Assembly (NCBI GenBank): GCA_951406725.2
Contig: OX597823.1
Location: 41,230,001 to 41,294,000 of the forward strand
DNA: 64,000 nucleotides
DNA from: Octopus vulgaris
Taxonomy: Eukaryota
Direction: 5' to 3'
In this document: positions 39,428 through 53,569 of the stretch, piece by piece
How the letters are laid out: every line of letters begins with the position of its first letter
Position numbering within the stretch: the first letter of the stretch is position 1
Translations under genes and position numbers: made by a program
The notes under the pieces: model-generated
The model's database searches: none
Told to the model about the DNA's origin: nothing
Seen by the model: the letters and a program-made list of their open reading frames with translations, nothing else

Positions 39428-39840
39428 GTACGTGTGTGTGTGTGTACGTGTGTGCATGCATGAAGCTTCACTATTTGAGAGTATATGAAACACATGAAAT
39501 ACATCAGACCAAGGTCTGTGGAGCATTCCAAGATCAGCAGTGGTTTTAAACTTTGAAATGACACTGCATTTCATTTAAGCCTATAACCAACAAATACTGT
39601 CATATCAAGCACACAAACAAAGCTTTTGGTTCCTTTTTATCAATCTTTGAGCTGAGATATCTATTTAAGACCGCTTAGCTTTATCAGCAATGACTTAAGC
39701 AGCTCTGTTCAAGCAATAACTGGTCTGCAATGGTGCAGGTAGCGGAAATTTCCATTGATTGTGTATTTGGAGTCCATTCAAGTCCATCGATTGATCTTAT
39801 CTGTTTCAGATCATACATGGTTTCAGACTGGCAACCTGTG
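38560..39840 (-). pseudogene. RTE-clade LINE reverse transcriptase remnant
   Basis: ORF 39039..39461 contains GFTQGDLVSPTLF and LLYADECAL (the RT QG and YADD motifs) and CKAFGLATSLDKT. ORF 38479..38793 contains TPDTDSFERA..SIEA and RILKQMWYGKLS. The remnant is interrupted by a (GT)n at 39398-39455. Confidence 0.85.
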
Positions 39841-39879
39841 ACCAATTTTAACTACCTTGCCTTCTACTGAGGTTGTTTT

Positions 39880-40215
39880 GCACACAGACAAACACATACA
39901 CATATTTACACACTTATACACACACTCACATACATATACACACATACTCATGCACACATACACATGTGCATACATATACATATGCATGCACATACATATA
40001 GACATTTGCATGTGCATATGCAAACATATACTCACACTTATACACAGAGACACATGCACACAGATGTGCACACATACAAGCACATGTACACATGCATACA
40101 TTTACATATATGCATATGCATACATGCACATATACACCTATACACACTAATTCACATACATATTCATACCCATACACATGCACTCACACACTCCTACACA
40201 AACATACATTTATGT
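39880..40215. repeat. degenerate CA/TA low-complexity tract
   Basis: Directly visible; source of five spurious His/Thr/Cys/Val ORFs. Confidence 0.9.
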
Positions 40216-40356
40216 ATGGAAATACAAATCATCTAAATGATGAGTATTTCAAGGAAGTCTTAATAAATATGAAATATTTCTCTGGGAAGTAGGTCATGAT
40301 GATAGTGGTGAATTGTGCCCCAGAATACATAACTATGTTAATATTGGTATGTGGTT

Positions 40357-40755
40357 AAGGTGGCAATCTGCCAGAAATGTTAGCATGCTGGGCGAAATGC
40401 TTAGCAGTATTTCGTCTGCCGCTACGTTTTGGGTTCAAATTCCACCGAGGTCGACTTTGCCTTTAATCCTTTCGGGGTCGATTAAATAAGTACCAGTTAC
40501 ACTCTGGGGTCGATATAATCGACTTAATGTTTGTCTATACTTGTTTGTCCTTTCTGTGTTTAGCCCCTTGTGGGTAGTTAAGAAATAGGTATTTTGTCTG
40601 TCTTTACATTCTGAGTTCAAATTCCACCAAGGTCAACTTTGCCTTTCATCATTTTTGGGTTCGATACATTAAGTACTAGTTGTATACTGGGTTGATCTAA
40701 TTGACTGGTCCCCTCTCCCAAAATTTTGGGCCTTGTGCCTAGAATAGAAAAGAAT
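40357..40755 (+). mobile_element. young MetaSINE-like tRNA SINE with duplicated central domain
   Basis: TTCAAATTCCACCGAGGTCGACTTTGCCTTTAATCCTTTCGGGGTCGATTAAATAAGTACCAG at about 40435 and again, diverged, at about 40616. Confidence 0.8.
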
Positions 40756-41601
40756 TTTGGTGTGTTGTCTTGAAAATTTATTGTCATCATCATCTTTGTT
40801 TTAACTTCTACTTTTCTGTTCTGGCATGAACTGGATGGAATTTAATGATGCAGATTTTCTACAGCTGTACGCCTTTCATATCACCAACCCTCACATGTTT
40901 CCAGGCAAGGTAATATATCCTGAGGGATACATTACCTTGCCTGGAAAAGAATATATTCTCAAGGCTGGATGTGTTTTTGCAAATGAATGGAGGAAGGGGA
41001 GAAACACAGATGCACACACGCATGCGTACACACATACAAATATATATCATGGGCTTCTTTCAATTTCCCTCTACCAAATCCACGCTTAAGGCTTTGGTCA
41101 GCCTGAGGCTACAGTAGAAGTCACTTGCCCAAAGTGCCACTGAACCTGGAACTAAGTGGTTGAGAAGCAAGCATCTTACCACACAGCCATACCTATGTCT
41201 CTATATGTAAACAAATACACACACATGTATATCAATGGGATTCTTCCAGTTTCCATGTACAAAATACTAAATCCCACTCATAAGGCTTTAGGGCTATAGA
41301 AGAAGACACATGCCTGAAGTGCTATCTAGTGGAACTGAACCTGAAACCATCTGGTTGGGAAGTAAACTTCTTATTCACACTGCTATGTCTGTGCTTGAAT
41401 TCCAGTGTCGTAATAGTTTAAAGGTTTTATTTGTTTGTGTTATGCCTGGCCATTGAGCTGTTTGCAGTTCAAAGGAAAATGGGGAATATTTCCTTGCTTG
41501 GAAATGTAGGAGTGTTCGCAACAGGAAAAATATCCAACTGTAGAACCTGTCTTAATAACTGTCATATGATCTATGCCAACTTGAAAACAGAGTCGCTAAA
41601 A

Positions 41602-41930
41602 CAGGGATTCTCAACCATTTTTCATCTATGGACTGCTTTGATTGCTGTTTTATTCTGATGGGCCCACCCACTAGCCATTTAATGTTTAAATGTTAGTTTT
41701 ATAGAAACATCTTTCAGAATTCTTATTTTGTTTATTCCCGCATTAACTTGTGTAGGGTGAACTATGTAAAATCTTTGAGAAAGAAACCTAGCTGTTTCTT
41801 GCAATACATACCAATACATATATTTAAAGCAAAGTCTTTTCATGACGCAATTTTCTATTTAGTTGCGAAAATCCCCAAAAACCTTATATGAACCCTCAGA
41901 TGCCCTACGGACCCCAATTGAGAACAACTG
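41602..41930. mobile_element. hAT (Charlie-type) MITE
   Basis: TIRs CAGGGATTCTCAACC and AATTGAGAACAACTG; near-8-bp TSD CGCTAAAA / TGGTAAAA. It is inserted in a (GAT)n-tailed retroposon tail. Confidence 0.75.
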
Positions 41931-42330
41931 TGGTAAAATGATGATGATGAGAAGGAGGAAATGATTATGATGTCCTTCAGTCACAAGACAAGAATAAGCA
42001 ATGTATGTGTTTAACTCATTTCTGTTAGTGTTGTCTTTTCAAAATGGTTGGAATAGAGATATGAAACTGTATCACTCATCCTTTATTGTAATTATTATCT
42101 TGAGTAATAACAAATATTTACATTTGGAACTGAAGCCTGATAATAATAGTAAATGTAGGATCTTCTCATGAATGGTGATATTTATGTTCTGTGCTTTAGA
42201 AAGGTTTAATAGCAAGTATTGGATCTTAGATCTGCAAGATTTGAAATTTGTGAAATGAGAAAAAACAAATGAGAGAGAGAGAGGATGTATCTATGGAACA
42301 TTCTGTTTCTTCAGTTCTCTTTTTTCTTAA

Positions 42331-42383
<53 letters not shown>

Positions 42384-43189
42384 TACACGTACAACAAATC
42401 TACATCAATATACATATATATATAATATGTATATAAATGCAAACATACTTATAAATTCACAAGTATACACATATCTGTATATCTACATGTCTGTATATAT
42501 GTGTGTGTGTATAAATTCTTACATACATCCATACATACATGTGTGTATGTAGATACACATGTAGATAAAAGTGCTTTATTTTATTAACTTGTTCAGGTAT
42601 TTTATGTCATGCACTGTAATATGACTTGCATATTGAACTCTGACCTTTTGTACAGTTATGACATCAAAATTGAAAGGTGATTCAATAAATTTTAAATGAA
42701 TTTCAGCAAGAGAACCTGAGCTCCTTACTACTTAGAACTGTTAACCCATCATAACTGTAAACTCTACTGTTGTGTCACTCTATATTTAAACTTCTTTAGA
42801 AATACAGCATTGTAAGTTATATACCAATTACTACAATAAACAAAAATAAAAACATTGTCATGGCAGTAGGAAAGATTAGTTGTTGCCAAATGGTTGATAC
42901 TCTTGTACAGTTCATGCTATTGTTCTTGAAAAGAATCTTCCCCCGAGGAACAGCAGTTATATATTTTTGGAAAGAGGTGGGAAATACATTTATTGTTTTA
43001 TCTGTAGTTATTTAAAACAAAAAATTCCTTATGATTTATTGTCCATTTGTTTTATGTGTAAATGGTCCCAATAGGCGACTTTGTAGTTGGTTTGTTTACG
43101 TATGATTGATCTTGTCTGTTAATAAATTGGCTTTACATTACTCCTTTTCAGCTTGTAGATTTTTATATATTCTCTCTCCAGCCTGAATT

Positions 43190-43245
43190 ATATATGTGTA
43201 TGTTTGTATACATATATGTACAGATACGTACATATGCATGTGTGC

Positions 43246-43283
<38 letters not shown>

Positions 43284-43330
43284 GTATGTATATATGTATA
43301 TGTGGGTATATATATATATATACATGCATG

Positions 43331-43363
<33 letters not shown>

Positions 43364-43378
43364 ACATGCATGTATATA

Positions 43379-43424
<46 letters not shown>

Positions 43425-43452
43425 TATGTGTATATGTGTTTGTGTGTGTATG
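43190..43452. repeat. compound TA/TG tract with a repeating unit of about 38 bp (TATA..CATGCATGTATATATGTATATG)
   Basis: Directly visible. Confidence 0.85.
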
Positions 43453-44412
43453 TGGGATGACAAAGAAACTCTCATGGAATGTGACCAAATGAAGTAGATT
43501 TTTCAACATAGTCCACCTTGCAGTCCACACATTTTTTCCATTAGTGTTACTGTGTTTGGATCCTATTGGTAATCCTGTTGGTCAAAAAAGATCATCAACA
43601 GCAGAGGGTATTTGATTATTATATTAACCCTAGTACTTTATTTTATCAACCCTGAAAATGTGAAGGGCAAGATTGACCTCCATAGGTTTTGAACTTAAAA
43701 TGTTGAGCCTCAAAATAAACATGAGGCATTTTATCTGATACTCTAACAATAGTAAAAGTATCACAGCTCACCTAACTATCACTATTTGCACACAATACAG
43801 TCATAGTAAAAATACAATAATAAGGGGATGGACAAACAGAGATGATGACATACTGTTAATCATATTAGCAGACAAATCTAATAAAAATTTATTTATAAGA
43901 TGCCCCTAATCTAACTCAGATTCTGCTCTGAAGTGATTGAATTGATAGGTATGATTAAAGTATCAGGAATCTTGGAATAACTTCATTAAGCCATCAACCA
44001 AAATCTGATAATGAGCTGGATGGCTAAGTTGAAGAATTATATGTTGAGTTGTCTTTTAGTATGTTTTTGCTTAATGATAACATAGAATCCTCAAGAGAAA
44101 ATAACTTGGGAAAATTAAACAGCAGCAAAGAAAAACATAAGTGTTTTTAAAACTATTAAAACGAACCAGACAGAAAGGGAGAGTAGTTTATACAAATTGC
44201 TGAATTAGAGAGAAATATGATTGCCTCTCACCCACACACAGATGCCTGTTTCTATGTGTTTGTATCTCTGTGTGTGTGTGTGTGTGTGTATGCATGTGTG
44301 TGTCTGTGTGTGTGTGGGTATACGTGTATAAACTATGATGTATATATGTGTATGTATTCATAGACACATATGTCATATATCTATAGTGTGTGTATGTATA
44401 TATATGTATATG

Positions 44413-44453
<41 letters not shown>

Positions 44454-45355
44454 GTGTGTATGTATATATGTGTGTGTGTGTGCATGCATACAAAAGAAAG
44501 AAGTGTTGCTTATTTGTTATGTATGGTAATTAAGCTAGGAAACAACTAGAGGTTCTTGTATTTTTATTTTTATTTTATTTTTTTCTTTGTGGTAGCAGGG
44601 TCCTTCTCACGAAGGTATATTATTAATTAATGTTACAAAAAGGAAAAGAAATAAATGAAATTTAATGAAGAAAGGTTATCACTCTAACAACAATAGGGGT
44701 TGCAAATTAGCTGGTTTCAGCTCCTGTGTTTCCTGAAACAAGTTGCTATTGTTTTGTCCAATTCTTCGGATCATTATCTTCTTTCATTTCAATTTATTAT
44801 TAAAACAATGTCCGATCAATACATCTCCTGGTACTTCAGTTTAGTGGATGAAGTCATTCTAGAAATGAGGCTATGAACACAAATCAATAATGGTTGAAGC
44901 AAGATCAATCAAAAAGAAAGAAAGAAAATAGTAAATTCACCTTGTGCCAGTTCATATCTCATTACAGGCATTATTTTGTTTCCTTGTAACAAACTTTTGC
45001 CTATATTTGACTTGAAAAATAATTGATGAAAATGGGAAAGAAATAAGCTGAAGACCCCTATCTCACATCAACCAACCCATTTGTGTTTGCTCAAAGAAGT
45101 TAAACATTAATATCTTTCTTAAATTGCACAAACTCATTCCTCAACTGAGCAAATGGTACAGTAATGAAAGTCTGGATGTTCTGTTTTTGGCAAAGTCTGA
45201 TATTCACTTATTGGAACAGAAGTATTTACTGCAAGATGTTTTCCGCCCTGTTAGTCAGTCAAGCATAAAACAGTTAGATGTGAACAAAATTATATACTTT
45301 CCCTAAAAGTACAGCATTACGGTGGTATTGGAACTGTTGAACAGTGAGGTCATAA

Positions 45356-45580
45356 CCCTTTTGATACCAACACCCTGGAGACCACTTCCGGTTCTATGAT
45401 ACAAACGTCTTGCTTTAAAATGATCTAAATTAAAACCTTTCATCAAAATTTCATGTTAATTTATTTCCAAACATCAACTTAATTAATAATGACAAAGTTA
45501 TTTCACTAAATTCTTTGCTATTTTAAAAATCAATTAAAACAAAGTCAGTATATTTCAATAGAAATATGGTAACAAAAGGT
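45356..45580. mobile_element. piggyBac-like MITE (second family) followed by a partial duplicate
   Basis: CCCTTTTGATACCA...TGGTAACAAAAGGT|TTAA. Its 3' half (about 45438-45574) is repeated at about 45613-45747. Confidence 0.65.
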
Positions 45581-46674
45581 TTAAAGTGATTGAAATAGAA
45601 AAAAAAAAGCATTCCATCAAAATTTCATATTAATTTATTTCCAAACTATCAGGTTAATTAATAATGACTGTCATTTTTCTAAATTCTTCACTATTTTCAA
45701 AATTAATTGAAATAAAGTCAGCGTATTTCAACAAAATATGGTAACAAGATTATGAAGAGAACAGTGAACAACAACGATGCAAATATTGGTTTAATCACAT
45801 TTTACAATGTAAAGAGATGGTGCAAATTTAAGCATAAGATCTATGAAGAAAGAATACAGGTTTGACTTTTTTTTATACCAACCTGCTTAAAATTGTCCTT
45901 GAAATATTCATAATTAAATTCAAATCTTCCATAATTTTTTTTTTTTTTATGTAAGAAACATTTTGTTGTTCCAAGCATTATCTTAGTGATGTCAGAGTTG
46001 ATTGTTTTGATAAATCTCTCCAAACTGTTTACTATTTTGAAAGTAACTATGAAAGGTAATGCTAGGAGTTTACTTTTGCCATTGTGAGTAATATCACATA
46101 ATGTTACAGAGTTTTAATAATTTTACTTTCTCCAAGTTTCATGATGAAAAGAATAATAATTTTCAAAATATATAAATATTTCTTCCTCATCATTGTTTTA
46201 ACGTCCACTTTTCCATGCTTGTATGTGTCAGAGAGCTTATTGAGGATAATTTTTTATATTTGGATTCCCTTCCTGTTGCCAACCCACACCAATTTCCAAG
46301 CAAGTCATATTTTCCAATTGCCAGACATATCTTTGCAGAAAATTGGTTTCAAAGTTTGGCAAAAGGCCTGCAAATTTGGGGTGTGGGTAAATCAATTATA
46401 TCAATCCCAGTGCTTAACTGGTACTTATTTTATCAACTGCCCAAAAATGAAAGGCAAAGCCAGCCTCGACAGTATTTAAACTCAGAATGTAATGATGACC
46501 GAAATGCCACTAAACATTTTGCCCAGCATGTTGATGATTCTACCAGCTTGCCGCCTGTGTTTTTGTAGAATACTGGAAATGAATCACACTGCTTGAATGA
46601 CAGTGACACTCATTTACAACTATTATATGATGGTGAAAACAAGGTAACACAAACATACACATACTCACTCATGG

Positions 46675-47010
46675 AGGAGACCCCCTTCGGTCATGAATGA
46701 CCATGGTATTGTACCTAGAAAGTTACTCTCCAAGGCACAAGTCTGGGCAAGGTTGTTTATGGAAGGTCAGGTGTCGCCATGCATACCAGCCTTCCCTTTC
46801 CACACCACTGATGTTATCCAAGAGTAAAGTAAAGGCTGATACAGCTTGGCTCCAGTGATGTGGCATTTCATTTCTACAGCCGAGTTAACTGGAGCAATGT
46901 GAAATAAAGTGTCTTGCTCAAGAACACAACACTCAGCCCTGTCCGGGAATCGAACTTACAACCTCATGATCATAAGCTCGACACTCTAACAACTGAGCAA
47001 TGCACCTTCA
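46675..47010 (-). mobile_element. tRNA/CORE-like SINE
   Basis: Homologous to 10312-10656 over its length. Confidence 0.8.
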
Positions 47011-48848
47011 CACACACACATATATACATTTATATTGCATAATGGGCTTCTGTCAGATTCCATCTACCAAATCCACTTATGAGGCTTTGGTTGGCCTGAA
47101 GTTATAGTTGAAGACATTTGCCCAAGGTACCATACAGTGGGACTGCAGCAGATTTCTTAACCATACAACCTCACCTGCACCTGCATGTATTAAAATAAAG
47201 TTAAAACAAATTGCTAATTTATATATTTGCAAAGAATGTATGTTTATCAATACTACTTAACTACTAAATAACTAGAAATATAACTTCATGTGACACTACT
47301 AATAATTGTAAAAGAATGTTCCCAACATTGCCTGTGGATTGGTAGAATTGTTAAACCAACAGATTAAATGCCTTGTGGCATTTGTTCCAATTCCTTATGA
47401 GATTAAATCCCACCAAGGTTAATTTTGTTTGTCATTCTTTTGAGTCAGTAAAGTAAAGTACCCATCATATACTGGAGTCAATGTAATTGACTCACCCCAC
47501 ACAGCCCTGGAGTTGTGTCTAAAGTAGAAACAACATGATAGGCTAAACTCTAGTTAGTATAGAGTACTCAAAGAAGATAAAACCAATAAGGCCAGAGTTA
47601 TTTCCCTGCGAAGAGATAGCCATATGGAGATAGATAGAGAGATGGAGACACACTGCCAATTATATTGTAGTATGATGACACTGTTTTGAACCCTTGCATT
47701 CATGTTTCCTAGCTTCAGAGTACAGCTATCACAAAATGCACTAAAATCATGTGGTTGTTGCTAAGCCAATCAGATCAACTGAACTGAAATCTCTTGCAAA
47801 GAGCTTATACAATGTCCTGGAACTTAGCTGGTATTATATCATGAAGGTGGAGTAATTTAACTAAACAGAGAGTTATCAGATTCTACAAGAGATTGTCATT
47901 TTTCTCCATCTTCCAAATATTAGAAACAGTTGAAGGCAACACACTGAGCTATATTAGTTAAATCTCCTGTTAAGTTGTTTTTATTTCCCTATCTTAATCT
48001 TTCCTTGCAAGTTATGAATCATTGTGATAAATTTCAGCATGCTGCAGTGACCAAGTTTCCTTTTATTCATTAATTTTCAAATGCTGTTATTTATTCAACT
48101 GCTGTAAAAATGTAGATATTATGATCCCTGTTAAATAAAACAAAATGAAATGTTATACTCGGTTTAGTGTGATTTTGTGAATTACACAGCATGCAAATAT
48201 TTTTGTTGTTGATTATTCATTTACCACATCAAAAACACACTAAAATATTAATGGACTCTTTGAAACAGACAGGTAGTGTATTTCATTAGGTATATATAAC
48301 TGAAATGATTTATCACATGTATTTTAAGATTGAAGGACTTAACTGAAGTAGAAGATACATTGGTATAAGAGAGGAGTTGCTCAAAAGACAAGATGTAAAT
48401 TACATCACCAAGATTCATGTCAATTCCTTTGTTCAAAGATAAACAATAACACCAAAAATAAAAGAATTAAAACTATTACTTTTCCAAAACATGATTTATC
48501 ATAACTTTTGCCTGGTATATTTTAAATTTCTTTATAATTTTGATGTAATAATTGATGCATCACCTCTTGCCTTGCATATAGTTTCATATCACAAATAGCT
48601 TGCCCTATCAATTACATTTTGATGAAAATCTTTTTTACTTCAATCAACATTTCCTTCACCTCATTATCATCATTGTTATCATTACTTATCAACACAGCCA
48701 TCAATAGCACCATTTTCTGCAACATTCTTGTTTTCTAAGATAACTACACCATTTCATTGAGCTAACAGGCTTCTCACATCTGTTGGAAAAGCTCATCTTC
48801 TATTCTTCCTCCTCTACTTGTTTTTTTTTTCTCTGTGATGTTTAATAT

Positions 48849-48942
48849 TTCTTCTTCTTCTTCTTCTTCTTCTTCTTCTTCTTCTTCTTCTTCTTCTTCT
48901 TCTTCTTCTTCTTCTTCTTCTTCTTCTTCTTCTTTCTTCTTT
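48849..48942. repeat. (CTT)n microsatellite
   Basis: Directly visible, nearly 30 units. Confidence 0.95.
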
Positions 48943-49373
48943 TCCTTCAATTAATTTTTGTTATCCTTGATATTATTTTTTTGTTAATGCTATTTTCAAG
49001 CTAAATTTTCAGCAGATTTCATCGAAAATAGTGAAAGTCAGTTGCTCACATTTCAACAAATACTTGCACACACAAACTCACAATTAAGGACACACACACA
49101 CTTATACACTCGTCATCACCATCATCATTTATATTCCATGTGTTGGATGGATTGATAGCATTCAGCAAGTGCAAGAACCACATCCTGCTCCACTCTCTCC
49201 TTTGGCATGGTTTCTATGGTTCAATCTCCTTTCCTAAGTCCATTTCACATTATGCAGTTAGTGCATTTTTCTTTACCACCAGCACAAGTGAGGTATAAAC
49301 ATATCGTAATATGTAAATATGTTTATGTAATTGCTTTGCAAGATTCCTGATGTGAAATTATGTGTTGAAACAC

Positions 49374-49638
49374 ATTGTTATATTCTAGGATGGTCACTTT
49401 TTTTGTTTGTTTGTCAAATAACACATGCCCTGTATATTCATTCTTCACTTCAGCTTATAACTATTCTTATTTTAGCGTCTTTTGTCTGAAATCTTTCATT
49501 ACATATCCTATTATCTCTTCTGTGGGTCTCCATCCCATGCTGATGGGGATTCACTGAAGAGATCACAGAATGTGTGACAAAAGGTTTCAGACAGAGGACA
49601 CTAAAAAAAAACAGACAATCATCCCGAAATATAGCAAT
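49374..49638. repeat. long imperfect palindrome (foldback element)
   Basis: Arms 49470-49534 and 49542-49606 are reverse-complementary around a 7-nt loop. An outer pair at 49374-49405 and 49604-49638 also matches. Confidence 0.8.
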
Positions 49639-49857
49639 AAAATATGACAATATGTAAGCACATATTTGAATAAATGCATTTCTCTGGCCCATTTTCTGTT
49701 ATTGTCTTAAACTTACATATTTTTATATTTTATAGTTGTTTATTACTTATTCTTTAGTGATAGTTTCTATGACAATATGTATAACATTATTTTCAACCTT
49801 AGCTTTATGTGTATACATTTATATACATACTCATTTATATACATTTATGTATGTATG

Positions 49858-49903
<46 letters not shown>

Positions 49904-50707
49904 GAAATACACACAAATGTATATATGCATGTATGTGTATATGTGTGTGTGTGTGTGTGTATGTTTATATGTATCCAGAATGGAAATGTGTTAGCCATAA
50001 TCTTTAAAGGCTCTGTCGGTTCATAAAGGTGAATATGTTTAGTGAGAACAGCAATGCTGATGCAGTCAATATTGAGCTTAAAGAGATGAAGCATAGTTTA
50101 TTGAATGGTAAAACATGAGAAGGAAAGGGGATTTTCTACAGAGTCACTTGTTTGGAAATGGATATTGCATGTAATGGTTGTTTGGTCTGTGGGATAAAAA
50201 CACAATATAAAGTGAGAAGTTGATGTAAAATGTCTGTCGCAGTGAAAATGAGATACAGCCATACAGATGGCTGTAAAAATCAGAATCCATTATAAGAGCA
50301 ATGAAAGAGGCAGAGAAATGACATGTTATGGTGTGTGTGGAGAATGAAAGACTTAGATAAGAGAGATCAGATTTGTAGTTTTTCTCCTTCTTTTGTATGT
50401 ATGATGTGATTAATTAAAGGAACCTCTTCACCATAGAGGAGAGAATATTTCACATTAAGGAAACTTGAATGTCATAGGTATTCAGTGATAAACCATTTTT
50501 TAGACTAAGAGAAAAAGAAAGCAAACAAATAGAAAAAAAAATGGTCTTAACATTTTGGCAAGTTAAAAAAAATTATGTAATATTTCAAAAGTGGCATGCA
50601 GAACAGCCAGAATCCAGACAATAACATCTCCATTTATTCTTAATACATTGTGATAAATTGGAATGTTAACATCTGACTACTGTTGGTTTTCACCAGCTGA
50701 GAACATC

Positions 50708-51063
50708 TTTTAGATGATGTGTATTCATAACATGCAATTCACTGATGTTACAGAGCCTTGAGTCATTGATGTTTTGACCTTATTTAGTGTCTCCTCAGTG
50801 TAAGCTATCCTCCTGGGTCAATGAATCTAACAAAATTCATCAGGTAGGCCACACTTCAAAAACAAAAACATGTAATTTTTTGTTAGGCATGCCATTCAGA
50901 AAGTCTGGAAGCCAGAGGTTGTCCACGGGTACTTTAGATGATGTGTGTTCATAATACTATTCACCAATGTAAGGGACGTTTCAGGTTCTGCATGTTTCTA
51001 CCTTATTATAAGTCTCCTCAGCCAATGCTACTCCATCAGACTGATGAATCTAATAAGAGTACA
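50708..51063. repeat. diverged direct duplication (spacing about 225 bp)
   Basis: TTTAGATGATGTGT.TTCATAA..ATTCAC..ATGT and GTCTCCTCAG....GCTA....ATGAATCTAA each occur twice. Confidence 0.7.
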
Positions 51064-51289
51064 GTCTCTTGTTAATAGGGATCAGTAAACAAATTATTTC
51101 CTGATGCATGCTGATGTCTGCCAAACAGTTAGAAATAATTGTTTGTACTGTTAATCTCTTGGTCAACCTGAACAAATAAAAAGAAACTGTGATCAAAGAA
51201 ATTTCAACTGAAAGCATCCAGTTTTTGAAAAAATATTCTTAATATTAGTTGTTCACTAGATGTTTAGTAATATCCTCTTTACCATGTAT

Positions 51290-51543
51290 TAAGATTCAGC
51301 ATGACACAGTGTGTGACAAGGCTGGCCCTTTGAAATACAGGTACAACAGAAACAGGAAGAAAGAGTGAGAGAAAGTTGTGGTGAAAGAATACAGCAGGGT
51401 TTGCCACCTGTTGGAACCTTGTTGAGCTTTAGGTGTTTTCGCTCAATAAATACTTGCAACACCTGGTCTGGGAATCAAAACCGTGATCCCATGACCGCAA
51501 GTCCTCTTCTTCTGCCCTAACCACTGAGTCATTGTGTCTCCAC
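51290..51543 (-). mobile_element. tRNA-derived SINE (different family)
   Basis: Minus-strand head TGGAGACACAATGACTCAGTGGTTAGGGCAG...GGTTTTGATTCCCAGACC followed by a distinct body. Confidence 0.65.
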
Positions 51544-51609
51544 ATATATATAAATATATGCATGTGAATATAGTATATATATATATAATATGTATATATA
51601 AATATATGA

Positions 51610-51643
<34 letters not shown>

Positions 51644-52512
51644 ATATATATACATATATATAGGCACAGGCATTTTGTGATTTAGCTTGTATGCAGCTTT
51701 TGATGTTTATATTACTAAAAGAACCAGAAATGAAATCAAAAGCATCAGCTGGAAGCAGCTGATTTTGCAGATTTTGCAGATGCTGTTCACAAAGGATTTT
51801 AAGGAGAAGAACATAAGGATAAGCATTTTCTTTAAACTTTCTTTTCATACTTCAAAAAATATTCAAACAGTGAATATTTCAAAAGAGAACCAGGTTCAGT
51901 TTATCAGCTGATAATCGGAAATGAATGACTCTGAGGATTGAGAATTGGGGTCTTTCAGTTATAATGTGTTAAATAATACTCTACATTTGTACTGAGTTCT
52001 ACAATTTATTACTTCTGGTGAATCAACAGAGATTTAAATGCATACATACATACATACACACACACACATATATATATATATATGTTATTTTTGTTTTTTT
52101 CTTGTTTCCGTTATTGGACGGCAGCCGTGGTGGGACACTACTTTGAGGAATTTTAAGTCAAGTAAATTGACCCCCATGACTTTTTTTTCACTTTTAAAGC
52201 CTGGCACCTATTCTATTGGGATCTTTTGCTGAACTGCTAAGTTATGGTAACATAAACACTCCAGCCCCAGTTGTTAAGTGGTGGAGGATAACAAGCACAG
52301 ACACACATAGATACACATACACACACAAACACATGTATATCACAAGCTTCTTTTAGTTTCTTTCTACCTCATTTACTCACAAGGCTCTGGTTAGTCCAAG
52401 GCTATAGTAGAAGGCACTTGCCCAAGGTGCCACACTGTGGGTTTGAATCCCGAACCATGTTCAGAACCAAGCAAGCTTTTCACCACACACTCATGCCTGT
52501 GCCTTAAATAAA

Positions 52513-52663
<151 letters not shown>

Positions 52664-53569
52664 CTTACTTTCAATGTTTTTATTTTTTTTAGTTTTATTT
52701 CTGTTTTACGTCACCTCTTCACAACAACTCAACAACGCACATTTACTTTTTTATACTTTTTTACCATTTTGTTTCCATCTTTCAACATCTCTTTCAAAAA
52801 TATTATCAACATAAACACTTTGCTCTCCACCTCCTCCTCCTCCTCCACTTCCTCACTTCCCTCTTTTACTTTACATTTTATGTCAGAAAGAACACAGACA
52901 GTCTAATCATAATTTTCAAATAATAAATTCCAGCTAGTTTAAACAGCTAATGAATGTCACGTGTATACTTGAAACACTGTCAGTGCATATGATGCACCTG
53001 CTCGAGAATCTAACAGTAACTAATTAATGTTATAGAGAGAAGACATATTTCAGTAAGACATATTGATTACACTAAGCAATGATGTTTTATTACTCTCATT
53101 TCAACCGGTGAGGAGAAATGAGACATGTAGGAGAGGTGTTTGGACTGGTAAAGTCACTTTCTCTGATAAAAGGTTGTCTGTTTTTCAGGGAACAGTGTGT
53201 GTTGGTTGATTGGTTGGTAGGTAGGTAGAGGTGTAGTTTTTAATTAAAAGGTAAAAGCAGCTTCAGGTAGGATGAGGTGGAATAATGTAAACCTGGATAG
53301 TAGTTATCATGGGAAATGCTGATTAATGCCAATCATTTGACAGACATATCAGTGTTAATTACTGACATTCTGTAGGTAGTTAGGGTAGTTTGAATGACTA
53401 GAAAACTAATGAGAAGTGTCTTGGCTAACACTTGATACCAATAGCATAGTAACTGTTTAAAGCGACCTCTATTCACTAATGCTACTGTTACTTCTACTCA
53501 AAAAAAAAAACATTGCATTATTTAGAAAATATAGCTATCATAATGCTATATTTATTATTTGGTGATAAT

